Assembly: GCA_964106645.2 (NCBI GenBank)
Contig: OZ067040.1
Reading direction: 5' to 3' (one strand)
Length of the DNA: 64,000 nucleotides
From: Podarcis pityusensis
Taxonomy: Eukaryota
In this document: positions 63,242 through 64,000 of the stretch, one piece after another
How the letters are laid out: each line of letters begins with the position of its first letter
Numbering within the stretch: the first letter of the stretch is position 1
Position numbers and translations under genes: made by a program
The notes under the pieces: generated by a model
The model's database searches: none
Seen by the model: the letters and a program-made list of their open reading frames with translations, nothing else
What the model was told of the DNA's origin: nothing

Positions 63242-63399
63242 CAGCATCCAAACATGGTTGTTCTGTTTCAAACTCTGATTTGGGGAAGACAGACACAGGT
63301 GGATTCAGTCTCAAGGCACTTCCATCCAAATCTTTGAAAAGAGCTTTTCCTGAGCTCCCACAGGTCACAGCAACACATGATTCATTTGATTCATTTTCT
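63242..63399 (-). CDS. PKHD1: PKHD1 exon (~exon 60), 158 nt
   Basis: Acceptor ttgtttgtcag|A, donor GCTG|gtaag. Encodes [52 protein letters not shown], similar to recalled human [28 protein letters not shown]. Phase 2 to 1. Confidence 0.95.
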
Positions 63400-64000
63400 C
63401 TGACAAACAAAACAAACAAATATCATAGTTGAGAGAAAACCACCCTGAACTCAACTCAGAGAATTTCCCCATTATCGACAGGCACATTATTTAAACAGCG
63501 GGTAGCATGAAAGTGATAGAAACAGACAAAAATTCTTCTATACAAATGGATGCTACTGCTTCACCAGTTGTTTAAGTTTTTGTGTTTGTCTTCTGCCTAT
63601 GTGTGAACCTGAAGCTCAGCAATATTTCTAGCTAATAACACGAAAGTTTCAAGAGCTCAGATTTGAAAAAGATGTATTAAATGAAGTATGAATCTAGAAT
63701 CATGCAGAGATAACACATCATTTCATATATATTCACATATATTTTTACTCAGACCCAGAACAATACAAAACAAAATCGGAGTCACAAGTGGGTTAACAGT
63801 GGCCTCATTCAGACATAAAGTTAAATCATGGTTTAGAGTTACATGAATAAGTCATTCCGGCATGCTCCTTGCTCCCACTGTCTTATGCACAGGCACAGTT
63901 TGGAGGAAGATTCTGGCAGCAATTACTTTCAGGCTATGGGCACATTCGCAGCTTTAAACAAAGCAAGGTAGTTTCTTCCACACTACATTTCAAGTCACAT

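Larger units (their letters stand above)
1756..63399 (-). other. PKHD1: PKHD1 (fibrocystin/polyductin) gene, 3' part: 8 coding exons equivalent to human exons 60-67; gene continues beyond the right edge
   Basis: Eight exons with GT/AG ends and matching phases give one ORF of 158+1012+136+88+108+159+138+341 = 2140 nt. The translation matches the fibrocystin C-terminus as I recall it ([44 protein letters not shown]; TM then CW-KK). Confidence 0.96.

Noticed and set aside
1756-63399. PKHD1L1 instead of PKHD1, or a pseudogene
   Set aside because: The long cytoplasmic tail, CW-basic motif and exon sizes (158/136/88/108/159) fit PKHD1 as I recall it; the frame and splice sites are intact.

Overview
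Vertebrate genomic DNA. The repeat content (Sauria SINEs with ACCTTT tails, a Squam3-like CORE SINE, BovB, CR1, L2, Penelope, many TA- and 8-bp-TSD MITEs) points to a squamate, probably a lacertid lizard. The window holds the 3' end of PKHD1 (fibrocystin/polyductin) on the minus strand. I reconstructed eight GT-AG exons, equivalent to human exons 60-67: 63399-63242, 29973-28962, 21021-20886, 18877-18790, 11189-11082, 9819-9661, 8909-8772 and 2096-1756. They join in one open frame of 2140 nt (about 712 aa): distal ectodomain, single transmembrane helix and a ~166-aa cytoplasmic tail. The rest is intron: transposon fragments (some nested, some very young), microsatellites, one 172-N gap and several repeat-free, motif-rich blocks that look like conserved non-coding enhancers. 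I found no clearly novel biological system. The best leads are: an apparently degraded proprotein-convertase site with a new N-glycosylation sequon; a ciliary-targeting motif with one Cys instead of three; SINE geometry favouring back-splicing or deletion of the TM exon; a 712-bp TSD-bounded non-coding RTE-like retroposon; and candidate enhancers. Human/mouse comparisons and repeat-family names are from memory and need alignment.
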